From: Cereibacter sphaeroides 2.4.1
GTDB lineage: Bacteria > Pseudomonadota > Alphaproteobacteria > Rhodobacterales > Rhodobacteraceae
Assembly (NCBI RefSeq): GCF_000012905.2
Contig: NC_007493.2
Span: forward strand, 1,110,001-1,142,000
Direction of reading: 5' to 3'
DNA length: 32,000 bases
Shown here: positions 1-9,400 of the stretch, in pieces
How the letters are laid out: the number at the start of each line of letters is the position of its first letter
Position numbering within the stretch: the first letter of the stretch is position 1
Program-made: the position numbers and the translations under genes
The notes under the pieces: model-generated
The model's database searches: none
What the model was told of the DNA's origin: nothing
Seen by the model: only the letters and a program-made list of their open reading frames with translations

Positions 1-160
1 GCTGCTGACCGAGATCGAGCTCTGGGAGGTCTCGCTCGTCACCTTCCCGATGCTGCCCGAGGCGCGGGTCGCCGCCAAGGGCGAGGACCGTGACGGGCTG
101 GACTGGCAGGACATCGCCGACCTCTTCGAGGACGCCCGGCGAAGCCTCTCCGGGGGCTGA
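1..160 (+). CDS. HK97-family prohead (maturation) protease, C-terminal fragment (RcGTA g4 equivalent). The 5' end lies outside the window.
   Basis: Reading frame 2 is open from the window edge to TGA at 158-160. It reads LLTEIELWEVSLVTFPMLPEARVAAKGEDRDGLDWQDIADLFEDARRSLSGG. The E-x-SLV-x-x-P motif is typical of HK97-type prohead protease C-termini. The fragment sits directly upstream of the capsid gene. Confidence 0.6.
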   Translation, partial: LLTEIELWEVSLVTFPMLPEARVAAKGEDRDGLDWQDIADLFEDARRSLSGG

Positions 161-225
161 ACAGGAGGCCGGACCGGGAAGCTCCGCGCCTGACCCGAAC
201 CACCGCAAGTCAGAGGAAGACGAGG

Positions 226-1422
226 ATGACCGAGACCTGGGCTCGGGCCGGGACAGGCATGTCCGCAGGCCCCGATCCGGCCGTGGAGGCGAAAGCCGCA
301 ATGGCCGGTTTCCTGAAGGAGATCAATCGCTTTCAGGAGGAGGTGAAGAATGTGCTGCAACAACAGGAAGAGCGTTTGACCATGCTGGACCGCAAAACCA
401 TGATCTACGGGCGCCCGGCGCTGGCGGCCGCGGCCGACCAGGAGGCGCCGCATCGCAAGGCGTTCGGGGCCTATCTCCGCTCGGGCGACGACGACGGTCT
501 GCGCGGCCTCGTCCTCGAGGGCAAGGCGATGACGGCGAGCGTCGCCTCGGACGGCGGCTATCTGGTCGATCCGCAGACCTCGGACGCCATCCGCTCGATG
601 TTGCTGTCCACGGCCTCGATCCGTCAGATCGCCGGTGTGGTCCATGTGGAAGCCACGAGCTTCGACGTGCTGATCGACCGCACTGAGGTGGGGTCGGGCT
701 GGGCCACGGAGGCCGCCACGATCAGCGAAAGCGCCTCGCCCACCATCGAGCGGATCTCGATCAAGCTGCACGAACTGTCGGCGATGCCGAAGGCGAGCCA
801 GCGGCTTCTGGACGACTCGGCCTTCGACGTCGAGAGCTGGCTGGCGGGCAAGATCGCGACGCGCTTCATGCGGGCCGAGAGCGCGGCCTTCGTCAGCGGC
901 GACGGGATCGACAAGCCGCGGGGCTTTCTGGCGCCGGCGAAGGTTGCGAACGCGAGCTGGAGCTGGGGCTCGATCGGCTATGTCCCCTCGGGTGCGGCGA
1001 GCGATTTCCTCGCCACGAACCCGGCCGATTGTATCATCACCCTGATCTATTCGCTCGGCGCCGATTACCGCGCGAATGCGACCTTCGTGATGAATTCGAA
1101 GACCGCGGGCGCGGTGCGGAAGATGAAGGACTCGGACGGCCGCTTCCTGTGGTCGGACGGGCTGGCGGCGGCGGAGCCTGCGCGGCTGATGGGATATCCG
1201 GTTCTGCTGTGCGAGGACATGCCGGACATTGCCGCGGGCGCCTTTGCCATCGCTTTCGGGGATTTCGCCGCCGGCTACACGATCGCCGAGCGGCCCGAGG
1301 TGCGGGTCCTGCGCGATCCGTTCTCGGCCAAGCCCCATGTCCTCTTCTATGCGACGAAGCGCGTGGGAGGCGATGTCAGCGACTATGCGGCGATCAAGCT
1401 CCTGAAGATCGCGGTGTCCTGA
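226..1422 (+). CDS. HK97-fold major capsid protein (RcGTA g5 equivalent)
   Basis: 398-aa ORF with GAGGAAGACGAGG just upstream of the ATG. The N-terminus is a coiled delta/scaffold-like segment (FLKEINRFQEEVKNVLQQQEERL). The body is capsid-like (GGYLVDPQTS..., KLHELSAMPKASQRLLDDS, ANATFVMN, LMGYPV). Its position after the protease matches GTA/HK97 order. Confidence 0.9.
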   Translation: MTETWARAGTGMSAGPDPAVEAKAAMAGFLKEINRFQEEVKNVLQQQEERLTMLDRKTMIYGRPALAAAADQEAPHRKAFGAYLRSGDDDGLRGLVLEGKAMTASVASDGGYLVDPQTSDAIRSMLLSTASIRQIAGVVHVEATSFDVLIDRTEVGSGWATEAATISESASPTIERISIKLHELSAMPKASQRLLDDSAFDVESWLAGKIATRFMRAESAAFVSGDGIDKPRGFLAPAKVANASWSWGSIGYVPSGAASDFLATNPADCIITLIYSLGADYRANATFVMNSKTAGAVRKMKDSDGRFLWSDGLAAAEPARLMGYPVLLCEDMPDIAAGAFAIAFGDFAAGYTIAERPEVRVLRDPFSAKPHVLFYATKRVGGDVSDYAAIKLLKIAVS

Positions 1423-1461
1423 GGGCCCCGCGGACGGCCGCCCTCGCACGGGGCGCAGCGG

Positions 1462-1489
1462 GCGCGCGCCGGCTTCGTCCGGCGCGCGC
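1462..1489 (+). promoter_or_regulatory. Perfect 11-bp GC-rich stem-loop in the g5-g6 intergenic gap. It may be an intra-operon attenuator or an mRNA-stabilising hairpin.
   Basis: GCGCGCGCCGG (1462-1472), loop CTTCGT, CCGGCGCGCGC (1479-1489). No U-tract follows. It lies in the only sizeable gap (95 nt) in an otherwise overlapping operon. Confidence 0.5.
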
Positions 1490-1516
1490 ATCCCTCGGGA
1501 GCTTTCGGAGGCATTC

Positions 1517-2116
1517 ATGATGTTGATCGAGCAGACGGCCGTGCCAGACAGCGCGCTGCCGATGGCCCGGTTCAGGGAGCATCTGCGGCTCGGGTCGGGC
1601 TTTACCGAAGAGGGGCTGCAGGAGGCGCTGCTCGCGGCGTTCCTCCGGGCGGCCATCACCACCATCGAGGGCCGGACGGGCAAGGTGCTGCTGTCGCGGC
1701 GCTATCTGCTGATGCTGGAGGAATGGCGGACAGACGAGGCGCAAGCGCTGCCGATCGCGCCGGTGGGCGAGATCCTGTCGGTGACGCTCGTCGATGCGGC
1801 GGGGCGGACTTTTCCCCTTGTGCCGACGCTCTGGCGGCTGGTGCGGGATCAGCATCGCCCGAAACTGGTGCCGCGCGGGTCGGTCCTGCCGGCGGCGCCG
1901 GAGGACGGGCGGATCGAGATCCTGTTCGAGGCGGGCTTCGGAGCCGACTGGTCCGTCGTGCCGGCCGATCTGGCGCAGGCCGTGATGCTGCTGGCGGCCG
2001 ACTATTACGAGAACCGCTATGAACCCGGCCTCGGGGCCGCCGGCCTGCCTCGGGCTGTCACGGGCCTTATTGAACGCTGGCGCACCGTCCGTGTGCTGGG
2101 TGGAGGGGCGGTCTGA
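1517..2116 (+). CDS. Head-tail connector/adaptor protein (RcGTA g6 equivalent)
   Basis: 199-aa ORF with GGAGG 5 nt upstream of the ATG. Its stop overlaps the next start (TGATG at 2114-2118). Its position and size match the gp6-like connector of GTA clusters. Confidence 0.8.
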   Translation: MMLIEQTAVPDSALPMARFREHLRLGSGFTEEGLQEALLAAFLRAAITTIEGRTGKVLLSRRYLLMLEEWRTDEAQALPIAPVGEILSVTLVDAAGRTFPLVPTLWRLVRDQHRPKLVPRGSVLPAAPEDGRIEILFEAGFGADWSVVPADLAQAVMLLAADYYENRYEPGLGAAGLPRAVTGLIERWRTVRVLGGGAV

Positions 2117-2451
2117 TGAGCGAGAGGCTGAACCGCCAGCTGGTCCTCGAGGCGCCCGTGGCAGGGGCGGACGGCGCCGGGGGATCGATCCTGTCCTGGA
2201 CGGCGCTCGGGATCGTCTGGGGGCGGATCGAGCCCGGCGCAGGACGTGAGACGCGAGGGATCGAAATCCCTCTCGGAACGGTGCCGCTGAGGATCACGGT
2301 GCGCGCAGCCCCCGCGGGCGCTGCCGCCCGGCCGCAGCCGGGTCAGCGCTTCCGCGAGGGCGCGCGTCTCTATCCGGTGCTGGCCGTGACCGAGAAGGAT
2401 GCGGACGGGCGATACCTCATGTGCTTTGCGCGCGAGGAGGTTCCGGCATGA
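2116..2451 (+). CDS. Head-tail adaptor / head closure protein (RcGTA g7 equivalent)
   Basis: 111-aa ORF coupled to its neighbours by TGATG and ATGA overlaps. Size and position are typical of SPP1 gp16-like head closure proteins. Confidence 0.8.
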   Translation: MSERLNRQLVLEAPVAGADGAGGSILSWTALGIVWGRIEPGAGRETRGIEIPLGTVPLRITVRAAPAGAAARPQPGQRFREGARLYPVLAVTEKDADGRYLMCFAREEVPA

Positions 2452-2846
2452 GCTATGCGGGAGCGGTCGCGCTTCAGGCGGCCCTGTATGAGCATCTTTC
2501 GGGCCAGCCCGCGCTGGCGGGCGTGCCGATCCACGACGCGGTTCCCCGCGGCGGCGGGCGCGGAACCTGGATCCTGATCGGTCCCGAGGAGGTCCGCGAT
2601 GCCTCGGACGGCAGCGGCCGCGGCGCCCGGCATGACTTTACCGTCAGCGTGATGTCCGATGCGGCAGGGTTTCTCGCAGCGAAGCGCGTGGCCCTGGCCC
2701 TGTCCGACGCGCTGGTGACCGCGCCGCCCGCGCTCGAACGGGGTCGGCTGGTGCGGCTCGATTTCCTGAAGGCGGTGGCCCGACGGCTCGGCTCGGGAGA
2801 CGCGCGGCGCATCGACCTGACCTTCCGGGCCCGGATCGAGGAATGA
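2448..2846 (+). CDS. Tail terminator/completion protein (RcGTA g8 equivalent, DUF3168-like)
   Basis: The start was chosen at the ATG at 2448 (MSYAGAVALQAALYEHL...), which forms an ATGA overlap with the g7 stop. 132 aa. The assignment rests on position between the head closure and major tail genes. Confidence 0.7.
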   Translation: MSYAGAVALQAALYEHLSGQPALAGVPIHDAVPRGGGRGTWILIGPEEVRDASDGSGRGARHDFTVSVMSDAAGFLAAKRVALALSDALVTAPPALERGRLVRLDFLKAVARRLGSGDARRIDLTFRARIEE

Positions 2847-2883
2847 GGCCGGCCCGAGGCCGGGATTGGCGAGGAGTGATCGC

Positions 2884-3297
2884 ATGAGCGTGCAGAATGG
2901 CAGGGATCTTCTGGTGAAGGTGGATCTGACGGGCAGCGGCGGGTTCGAGACGATGGCGGGCCTCCGGGCCACGCGCATCGGCTTCAATGCCGAGACGGTC
3001 GATGTGACGTCGCTGGAGAGTCAGGGCGGCTGGCGCGAGCTGCTGGCGGGGGCCGGGGTGAAATCGGCTTCCATCTCGGGCTCGGGCGTGTTTCGCGACG
3101 CGGCGACGGACGAGCGGGCGCGGGCGCTCTTCTTCGCCGGAGAGGCGCCCCGCTTTCAGGTGGTGATCCCGAGTTTCGGCACGGTCGAGGGCCCCTTCGT
3201 GATCTCGGCGATCGAATATGCGGGGACCCACGATGGCGAGGCCACCTACGAAATGACGCTCGCCTCGGCGGGCAAGCTCACCTTCACGGCGCACTGA
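2884..3297 (+). CDS. Major tail protein (RcGTA g9 equivalent, TP901-1-like)
   Basis: The start was chosen at the ATG at 2884 (MSVQNGRDLLVKVD...), with GAGGAG 7 nt upstream. 137 aa. The sequence is tail-tube-like (FETMAGLRATRIGFNAETVDVTS ... ATYEMTLASAGKLTF). Confidence 0.85.
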   Translation: MSVQNGRDLLVKVDLTGSGGFETMAGLRATRIGFNAETVDVTSLESQGGWRELLAGAGVKSASISGSGVFRDAATDERARALFFAGEAPRFQVVIPSFGTVEGPFVISAIEYAGTHDGEATYEMTLASAGKLTFTAH

Positions 3298-3613
3298 TGG
3301 CCAATCCCTGGACGGGCGAAGTGGCGATCTGGCTCGACGGCCGGTGCCACACGGGCAAGCTCACGCTCGGCGCGCTGGCGGAGCTGGAGGCGGACCTCGG
3401 CGCGGACAGTCTGATCGCGCTGGTGGAGCGGTTCGAGGAGCGGCGCTTCTCGACACGCGACGTGATCGCCGTTCTCGTGGCGGGGCTCCGGGGCGGCGGC
3501 TGGCAGGGCACGGCCGAGGAGCTCGGCCGGGCGGAGGTGGGCGGGGGGCGGCGGGAGCGGCGCGCGCTGCGGCGGAACTTCTGGTGCGTGCCTTCGCACT
3601 GCCGGAGGGGTGA
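3297..3613 (+). CDS. Tail assembly chaperone-like protein (RcGTA g10 equivalent). As written it needs a -1 frame change at a G6 run (3543-3548) to reach its plausible C-terminus.
   Basis: The N-terminal part (MANPWTGEVAIWLDGRCHTGKLTLGALAELEADLG...AEVGGG) is in the frame of 3297. The protein-like C-terminus AAGAARAAAELLVRAFALPEG-stop (TGA 3611-3613) is in the -1 frame. The unshifted frame instead gives an Arg-rich junk-like linker fused to g10.1. Confidence 0.6.
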
Positions 3614-3614
3614 G

Positions 3615-3815
3615 ATGGGCCGGCTCGACTGGCCCGCCCTCCTGCGGCTGGGGCTCGAGGGGTTGCGGCTGTCGCCAGAGGCGTTCTGGCGGCTCACGCC
3701 TGCCGAACTGAGGATCATGCTGGGCGCGTCCGCCGTGGCGCCCCTGTCGCGCGCGCGCCTCGACGAGTTGCTGCGCGCCTTTCCGGATGTCGAGAAGGAA
3801 GAGGGTCATGGCTGA
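3615..3815 (+). CDS. Small GTA tail-assembly protein (RcGTA g10.1 equivalent)
   Basis: The ATG at 3615 lies one base after the -1-frame stop of g10. The 66-aa product is MGRLDWPALLRLGLEGLRLSPEAFWRLTPAELRIMLG.... It sits between the chaperone and the tape measure. Confidence 0.65.
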   Translation: MGRLDWPALLRLGLEGLRLSPEAFWRLTPAELRIMLGASAVAPLSRARLDELLRAFPDVEKEEGHG

Positions 3816-4458
3816 CATCGAGTCTCTGGAAGAGCAGGTGGCGGCGCTCGAGAGCACGCTCGGCAGTGCGGCCGGGATGACGGCGAGCTTCGAGAGCGAA
3901 CTGGCGCGGATGCGGGACGCAATGGTCTTCACCAGCCGCGAGGTGGATCGTTTGTCGAGCGGCATGGGGACGGGCCTCAGGCGCGCCTTCGACGGGGTGC
4001 TGTTCGACGGCATGAAGCTCTCGGACGCGATGCAGGGTCTCGCGCAGTCGATTTCGCGCACCGTCTATTCGGTCGCGATGAAGCCGGTGCAGGATGCGGT
4101 GTCGGGCTTTCTGGCCGATGGGCTGAACTCGATCCTCGGCGGGCTGATGCCCTTCGCGAAGGGGGGCGCGTTCTCGCAGGGGAGGGTCATGCCCTTCGCG
4201 CGCGGCGGTGTGGTGGCAGGGGCGACCCCCTTTCCCATGCGCGGGGCCACCGGGCTCATGGGCGAGGCGGGCCCCGAAGCGATCCTGCCGCTCGCCCGCG
4301 GGGCAGACGGTCGGCTCGGCGTGCAGGCGGGCGGCGGCCGCGCGGTGCAGGTGGTTATGAACGTGGCCACGCCCGATGTGCAGGGCTTCGAGCGCAGCCG
4401 GGGCCAGATCGCCGCGCAGGTGAGCCGGATGCTCGCGCGCGGCCAGCGCAACGGGTAG
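3808..4458 (+). CDS. Short tail tape measure protein (RcGTA g11 equivalent)
   Basis: The start was chosen at the ATG at 3808 (MADIESLEEQVAALESTLG...) after GAAGGAAGAGGG. 216 aa, with a coiled N-terminus and a Gly-rich C-terminus (MPFAKGGAFSQGRVMPFARGGVV...GLMGEAGPEAILPL) typical of tape measure proteins. Confidence 0.8.
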   Translation: MADIESLEEQVAALESTLGSAAGMTASFESELARMRDAMVFTSREVDRLSSGMGTGLRRAFDGVLFDGMKLSDAMQGLAQSISRTVYSVAMKPVQDAVSGFLADGLNSILGGLMPFAKGGAFSQGRVMPFARGGVVAGATPFPMRGATGLMGEAGPEAILPLARGADGRLGVQAGGGRAVQVVMNVATPDVQGFERSRGQIAAQVSRMLARGQRNG

Positions 4459-4467
4459 GGGGGCGCC

Positions 4468-5100
4468 ATGGGCTTTCACGAGGTCCGGTTTCCGACTAAC
4501 CTCAGCTTCGGCTCGATCGGAGGGCCGGAGCGTCGGACCGAGATCGTCACGCTGGTCAATGGCTTCGAGGAACGCAACAGCCTCTGGGCCCATTCGCGCC
4601 GCCGCTACGACGCGGGCGTGGCGCTGCGCTCGCTCGACGATATCCAGGCGCTCCTGGCCTTCTTCGAGGCGCGCCGTGGCCAGCTTTACGGTTTTCGCTG
4701 GAAGGACTGGGCCGACTATCGCTCGTGCCCGGCCACCGCCTCTCCGGGGCCCAAGGATCAGCCTCTCGGCATCGGCGACGGGATCAGCCGGGAGTTCGCG
4801 CTGGTCAAGACCTATCGCTCGGGAAGCGAGCAGTATGTGCGGCCGGTGGCGAAACCCGTTGCAGGCTCGGTGAAGGTGGCGGTGGCAGGCGCGGTGCTGG
4901 TAGAAGGCGCGGGCTTCTCGGTCGACGAGACCAGGGGGCTCGTCACGCTCGCCGCGGCCCCTGCCGAAGGCGCCGCGGTCACGGCGGGGTTCGAGTTCGA
5001 CGTGCCGGTGCGGTTCGATACCGACCGGATCCAGATCTCGATGGCCTCCTTCCAGGCAGGCGAGGTTCCGAGCGTTCCGGTGATGGAGGTGCGGGTCTGA
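4468..5100 (+). CDS. Distal tail protein (RcGTA g12 equivalent, DUF2460/TIGR02217-like)
   Basis: 210-aa ORF beginning MGFHEVRFPTNLSFGSIGGPERRTEIVTLVNGFEERN, with FRWKDWADY, which I recognise as the GTA g12 family. Its stop overlaps the g13 start. Confidence 0.85.
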   Translation: MGFHEVRFPTNLSFGSIGGPERRTEIVTLVNGFEERNSLWAHSRRRYDAGVALRSLDDIQALLAFFEARRGQLYGFRWKDWADYRSCPATASPGPKDQPLGIGDGISREFALVKTYRSGSEQYVRPVAKPVAGSVKVAVAGAVLVEGAGFSVDETRGLVTLAAAPAEGAAVTAGFEFDVPVRFDTDRIQISMASFQAGEVPSVPVMEVRV

Positions 5101-5984
5101 TGGGCGCGGCAGAGCTTCATGCGCATCTGAAGGGCGGCGCTGCCACCGTCTGCCGGTGCTGGGCCGTGACACGGCGGGACGGGACGGTGTTCGGCTTCAC
5201 CGATCACGACCGGGATCTGACGTTCGAGGGGCGGCTGTTCCGGGCAGAGACGGGGCTCACCTCGTCGGCGTTGCAGCAGACGACGGGCCTGTCGGTGGAC
5301 AATGCCGAGACCGTCGGGGCGCTCTCGCATGTGTCGGTGACGGAGGCAGATCTGCTCGCAGGCCGGTTCGACGGCGCGGAGGTGCTGGCATGGCTCGTGA
5401 ACTGGGCCGATGTCAGTGAGAGGCTGCTGCAGTTCCGCGGAACGCTGGGCGAGATCACCCATTCCGGGGGACGGTTCCGGGCAGAGTTGCGTGGCCTGAC
5501 CGAGGCGCTGAACCAGCCGCAGGGGCGGGTCTATCAGCGGTCTTGTCAGGCGGTTCTGGGCGACCGGGCCTGCGGTTTCGACCTGAGCGCCGAAGAATTT
5601 GCCACCGAACGGGCTGTCGAAACCGTCGTCGGGCGGCAGAGCTTCAGTTTCGAGGGTCTGCACTCTTTCCCGGATCGCTGGTTCGAGCAGGGGCGGCTTG
5701 TGGTGATGACCGGTGAGGCGGCAGGAGCGATGGGCGTGATCAAGTCCGACCGGCGCCGGGGAGAGGTGCGAACAGTGGAGCTGTGGGAGGCGCTCGGTCC
5801 GCAGATCACCGTGGGCGACCGTGTCCGTCTTGAGGCGGGCTGCGACCGGATGGCCGAGACCTGTCGCCTGAAGTTCAACAATCTCAGAAACTTCCGGGGC
5901 TTTCCTCATCTTTCGGGAGAAGACTGGCTCAGTGCCTATCCCGCGGCGACGGGGACGCATGACGGTGGGAGCCTGTGGCGATGA
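5100..5984 (+). CDS. Baseplate hub protein (RcGTA g13 equivalent, DUF2163 plus BR0599-like C-terminal domain)
   Basis: The start was chosen at the ATG at 5100 (TGATG overlap with g12): MGAAELHAHLKGGAATVCRCWAVTRRDGTVFGFTDHDRDLTFEG.... 294 aa. The upstream part of the 419-aa track ORF is an off-frame extension. Confidence 0.85.
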   Translation: MGAAELHAHLKGGAATVCRCWAVTRRDGTVFGFTDHDRDLTFEGRLFRAETGLTSSALQQTTGLSVDNAETVGALSHVSVTEADLLAGRFDGAEVLAWLVNWADVSERLLQFRGTLGEITHSGGRFRAELRGLTEALNQPQGRVYQRSCQAVLGDRACGFDLSAEEFATERAVETVVGRQSFSFEGLHSFPDRWFEQGRLVVMTGEAAGAMGVIKSDRRRGEVRTVELWEALGPQITVGDRVRLEAGCDRMAETCRLKFNNLRNFRGFPHLSGEDWLSAYPAATGTHDGGSLWR

Positions 5985-6421
5985 ACGGGGCCGATGTGGT
6001 GGCCGAGGCACGGTCCTGGCTGGGCACGCCCTACGTCCACCAGGCTTCGGCCAGGGGGGCCGGCGCGGACTGTCTCGGCCTTCTCAGGGGCATCTGGCGG
6101 TCGTTGATCGGCCCGGAGCCGCTGAAAGTGCCTGCCTATACGCCGGACTGGTCGGAGCCGTCTGGCCATGAAGAGCTGATGGCGGCCTGCGACCGGTGCC
6201 TTGTCCGCAAGCCGCTTGAGGCTGCGGCGGAGGGAGACGTCCTGCTCTTCCGCATGCGGCCGGGCGCGGTCGCCAAACATCTCGGCATTCTGGTTCGTCC
6301 GGGCCCGAATGCCTCGTTCATCCACGCCTATGGCGGCCATGGCACCGTCGAAAGCCCGCTCTCCGAGCCCTGGGCCGAGCGGATCGCGGCCCGTTATGCA
6401 TTTCCGGAAAGGACGGACTGA
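5981..6421 (+). CDS. NlpC/P60-family cell-wall peptidase (RcGTA g14 equivalent)
   Basis: The ATG at 5981 forms an ATGA overlap with the g13 stop; an alternative GTG lies at 5975. The sequence WLGTPYVHQASARGAGADCLGLLRGIW contains the catalytic Cys context of NlpC/P60 enzymes, and a His lies downstream (KHLGIL). Confidence 0.85.
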   Translation: MNGADVVAEARSWLGTPYVHQASARGAGADCLGLLRGIWRSLIGPEPLKVPAYTPDWSEPSGHEELMAACDRCLVRKPLEAAAEGDVLLFRMRPGAVAKHLGILVRPGPNASFIHAYGGHGTVESPLSEPWAERIAARYAFPERTD

Positions 6422-9400
6422 TGGCGACGCTTCTGCTGGCCGCGGCCGGATCGGCGATCGGAGCAGGCTTCAGCGGCACGGTGCTCGGGCTGACAGGGGC
6501 GGTCATCGGGCGCGCGATCGGGGCGACGGTCGGCCAGCTGATCGACCAGCGGCTGATGGGCGCCGGATCGCAGACGGTCCGCACCGGGCGGATCGAACGT
6601 TTCCGTCTGATGGGCGCCGGCGAGGGCGCCCCCGTGGCCCAGCTGTTCGGTCGCAATCGGGTGGCAGGACAGGTGATCTGGGCCTCGCGCTTCCTCGAGA
6701 GCCAGTCCGAGAGCACGGGCGGCGGAAAGGGCGGCGGCCCGAGATCGACCGTCGTGAGCTATTCCTATTCCGTCAACCTCGCCGTCGCGCTGTGCGAGGG
6801 AGAGATTCTGCGCGTGGGCCGCATCTGGGCCGATGGTGCCGAGATCGCGACGGGGTCGCTCAACCTTCGGCTCTATCGCGGGACGGAGGGTCAGCTGCCG
6901 GATCCCAAGATCGAGGCAGTGGAGGGGGCGGGCATGGCGCCGGCCTACCGCGGGATCGCTTATGTGGTGATCGAGGATCTCGACCTCGCCCGGTTCGGCA
7001 ACCGGGTGCCGCAATTCTCGTTCGAGGTGATGCGGGCAGCGCAGGGGGCTCTGGCGGATCGGGTGATGACGCTTCAGCGCGCGGTGAAGGGCGTGGCACT
7101 GATCCCGGGCACGGGAGAATACGCTCTGGCCACGAGCCGTCTCGCCTACAGGCCCGATCCGGGAGAGACCGAGGTCGCCAACGTGCACACGGCGTCGGGG
7201 GAAAGCGACATGCGCAGCTCGCTTGCACAACTGAGGGGCGAGCTCCCGGCCTGCCGGTCGGTGTCGCTGGTCGTGTCCTGGTTCGGGAGCGACCTGCGCT
7301 GCGGCGCCTGCGAGATCCGCCCCAAGGTCGAGGGCCATCTCGACGCAGCGACCATGGCCTGGCGGTCGGGTGGGATCGACCGCGCGCAGGCCGAGCGGGT
7401 GGCGCGGATCGACGACCGTCCGGTCTATGGGGGAACGCCTGCGGATGCGGCGGTGGTCGAGGCGATCCATGCCCTGAAGGCGCAGAACCTCTCGGTGCTC
7501 TACTATCCGTTCATCCTCATGGAACAGCTTCCCGGTAATGATCTGCCGGACCCCTGGTCAGGTGCTGCGGGCCAGCCGGTGCTGCCCTGGCGCGGGAGGA
7601 TCACGCTCTCGACAGCGCCGGGTCAGCCGGGGACGCCTGACAGAACGGGAGCCGCCGAGGATGAGGTGCGCGCCTTCTTCGGGGATGCGGAGCCTCGCCA
7701 GTTCCGCATCGAGGACGGGCGCGTGCTCTATGACGGCGCCGACGAATGGCGCTACCGGCGCTTCATTCTCCACGCGGCCTGGCTCTGCCGGCTGGCCGGC
7801 GGGGTGGAGGCCTTCTGCGTGGGCTCCGAGTTGCGCGGGCTGACGGCGATCCGGGGGGCGGACGACAGCTTCCCGGCGGTGGCCGAACTGCGGAGGCTCG
7901 CGGCCGACGTCCGCGGCATCCTCGGGCCCGAGGTGAAGATCGGTTACGCCGCCGACTGGAGCGAATGGTCCAGCCTCCATGCCGATGGCAATCTCTACTT
8001 CCATCTCGATCCGCTCTGGTCGGATCCGAACATCGATTTCATCGGCATCGACAATTACATGCCGCTCTCGGACTGGCGCGAGGCCGAGACTCATGCGGAC
8101 GCGCGGTGGCCCTCGGTGCAGGATCTGGGCTACCTCAAGTCGAACATCGCCGGAGGCGAGGGTTTCGCGTGGTATTATCCCGACGAGGCCGCGGCGGCGG
8201 CTCAGGACCGGCGGCCGATCACGGATGCGGATTTCGGAGAGCCTTGGGTGCATCGCCCCAAGGACCTCCGATCCTGGTGGTCGCTGCCCCATCACGAGCG
8301 CATCGACGGCGTGCGGTTGGCGCAGCCGACCGGCTGGGTCCCGCGCTCGAAGCCGATCTGGTTCACCGAATATGGGTGTCCGGCGCTCGACCTCGGGAGC
8401 AATCAGCCGAACCTGTTCATCGATCCCAAAAGCTCGGAATCCGCGCTGCCGCGGGGCTCGTCCGGACGACGCGACGACGGGATCGCGATGAATTACCTGC
8501 GCGCGATGGCCGAATACTGGCAGGACGAGGCCAACAATCCGGTGTCGGACCTCTATGGTGGCTCCATGGTCGACATGGACCGCGCCCATGCCTGGGCCTG
8601 GGACGCCCGTCCATTTCCGGCCTTTCCCGCGCTCGGCGATGTCTGGTCCGACGGTTCGAACTATGCGCGCGGTCATTGGCTGAACGGTCGCGCGGCCTCG
8701 CAACCGCTGTCCGCCGTGGTGGCCGAGATCTGCGAACGGTCCGGGGTAACCGCCATCGACGTCACGCAATTGCAGGGCGTGGTGCGCGGCTATGGGATTT
8801 CCGAGGTCGTCAGTGCCCGGGCGGCCTTGCAGCCGCTGATGCTGGCCTATGGCTTCGAGGCGCTGGAACGCGATGGCAAGCTGATCTTCCGCATGCGCGA
8901 CGGGCGCGCGAAGGCCGAGGTCTCGCGCGAGGACCTGGTGGCATCGGACGATCTCGAGGGCGCGCTCGAGCGCGTGCGCGCGGCGGAGGTCGAGACCGCA
9001 GGCCGGGTTCGGCTGCATTTCCTCGAGGCGGAAGGCGACTATGAGGCACGGCAGGTCGAGGCGGCCTTCCCGGACGAAGCGACCTTTGCCGTCTCGCAAT
9101 CCGAAGTGCCGCTCGTGCTCACCTCGGGTGAGGCGCGGGGCGCCGTCGAGCGGTGGCTGGCCGAGGCCCGCGTGGCGCGCGACAGCCTGCGTCTGGCCCT
9201 GCCGCGGTCGGCTCTGGCCTTCGGTGCCGGCGACGTTCTGGAGATTGAAGGCCGGCGCTATCGCATCGACCGCCTCGATCAGGCCGAATGCCAGCTGGCG
9301 GAGGCGGTTCGTGTGGAACCCGGCATCTACCGCCCCGCCGATATGGCCGAAGAGCAGGTGCGCGCGCGTCGCATTGCGGCTTCCGGTCCGGTCCGGCCGA

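Noticed and set aside
3297-3815. Treating the 172-aa zero-frame ORF as one ordinary gene
   Set aside because: The central 23 residues look like off-frame translation. The -1 frame gives a protein-like C-terminus that ends one base before an ATG starting the second domain. Two genes are more plausible (see finding).
3715-5172. 485-aa minus-strand ORF across g11/g12, plus similar long off-frame ORFs (6201-7538, 6394-7470, 7746-9044, 9288-10649, 10406-11560, 11711-13117, 12423-14459, 12937-14295, 13936-15387, 15924-17276, 17603-18403, 19380-20729, 21565-22731, 23089-24606, 24353-25741, 26326-27441)
   Set aside because: All overlap confidently assigned genes in another frame or on the other strand, and all have Arg/Gly/Pro/Ala-dominated junk-like sequences.
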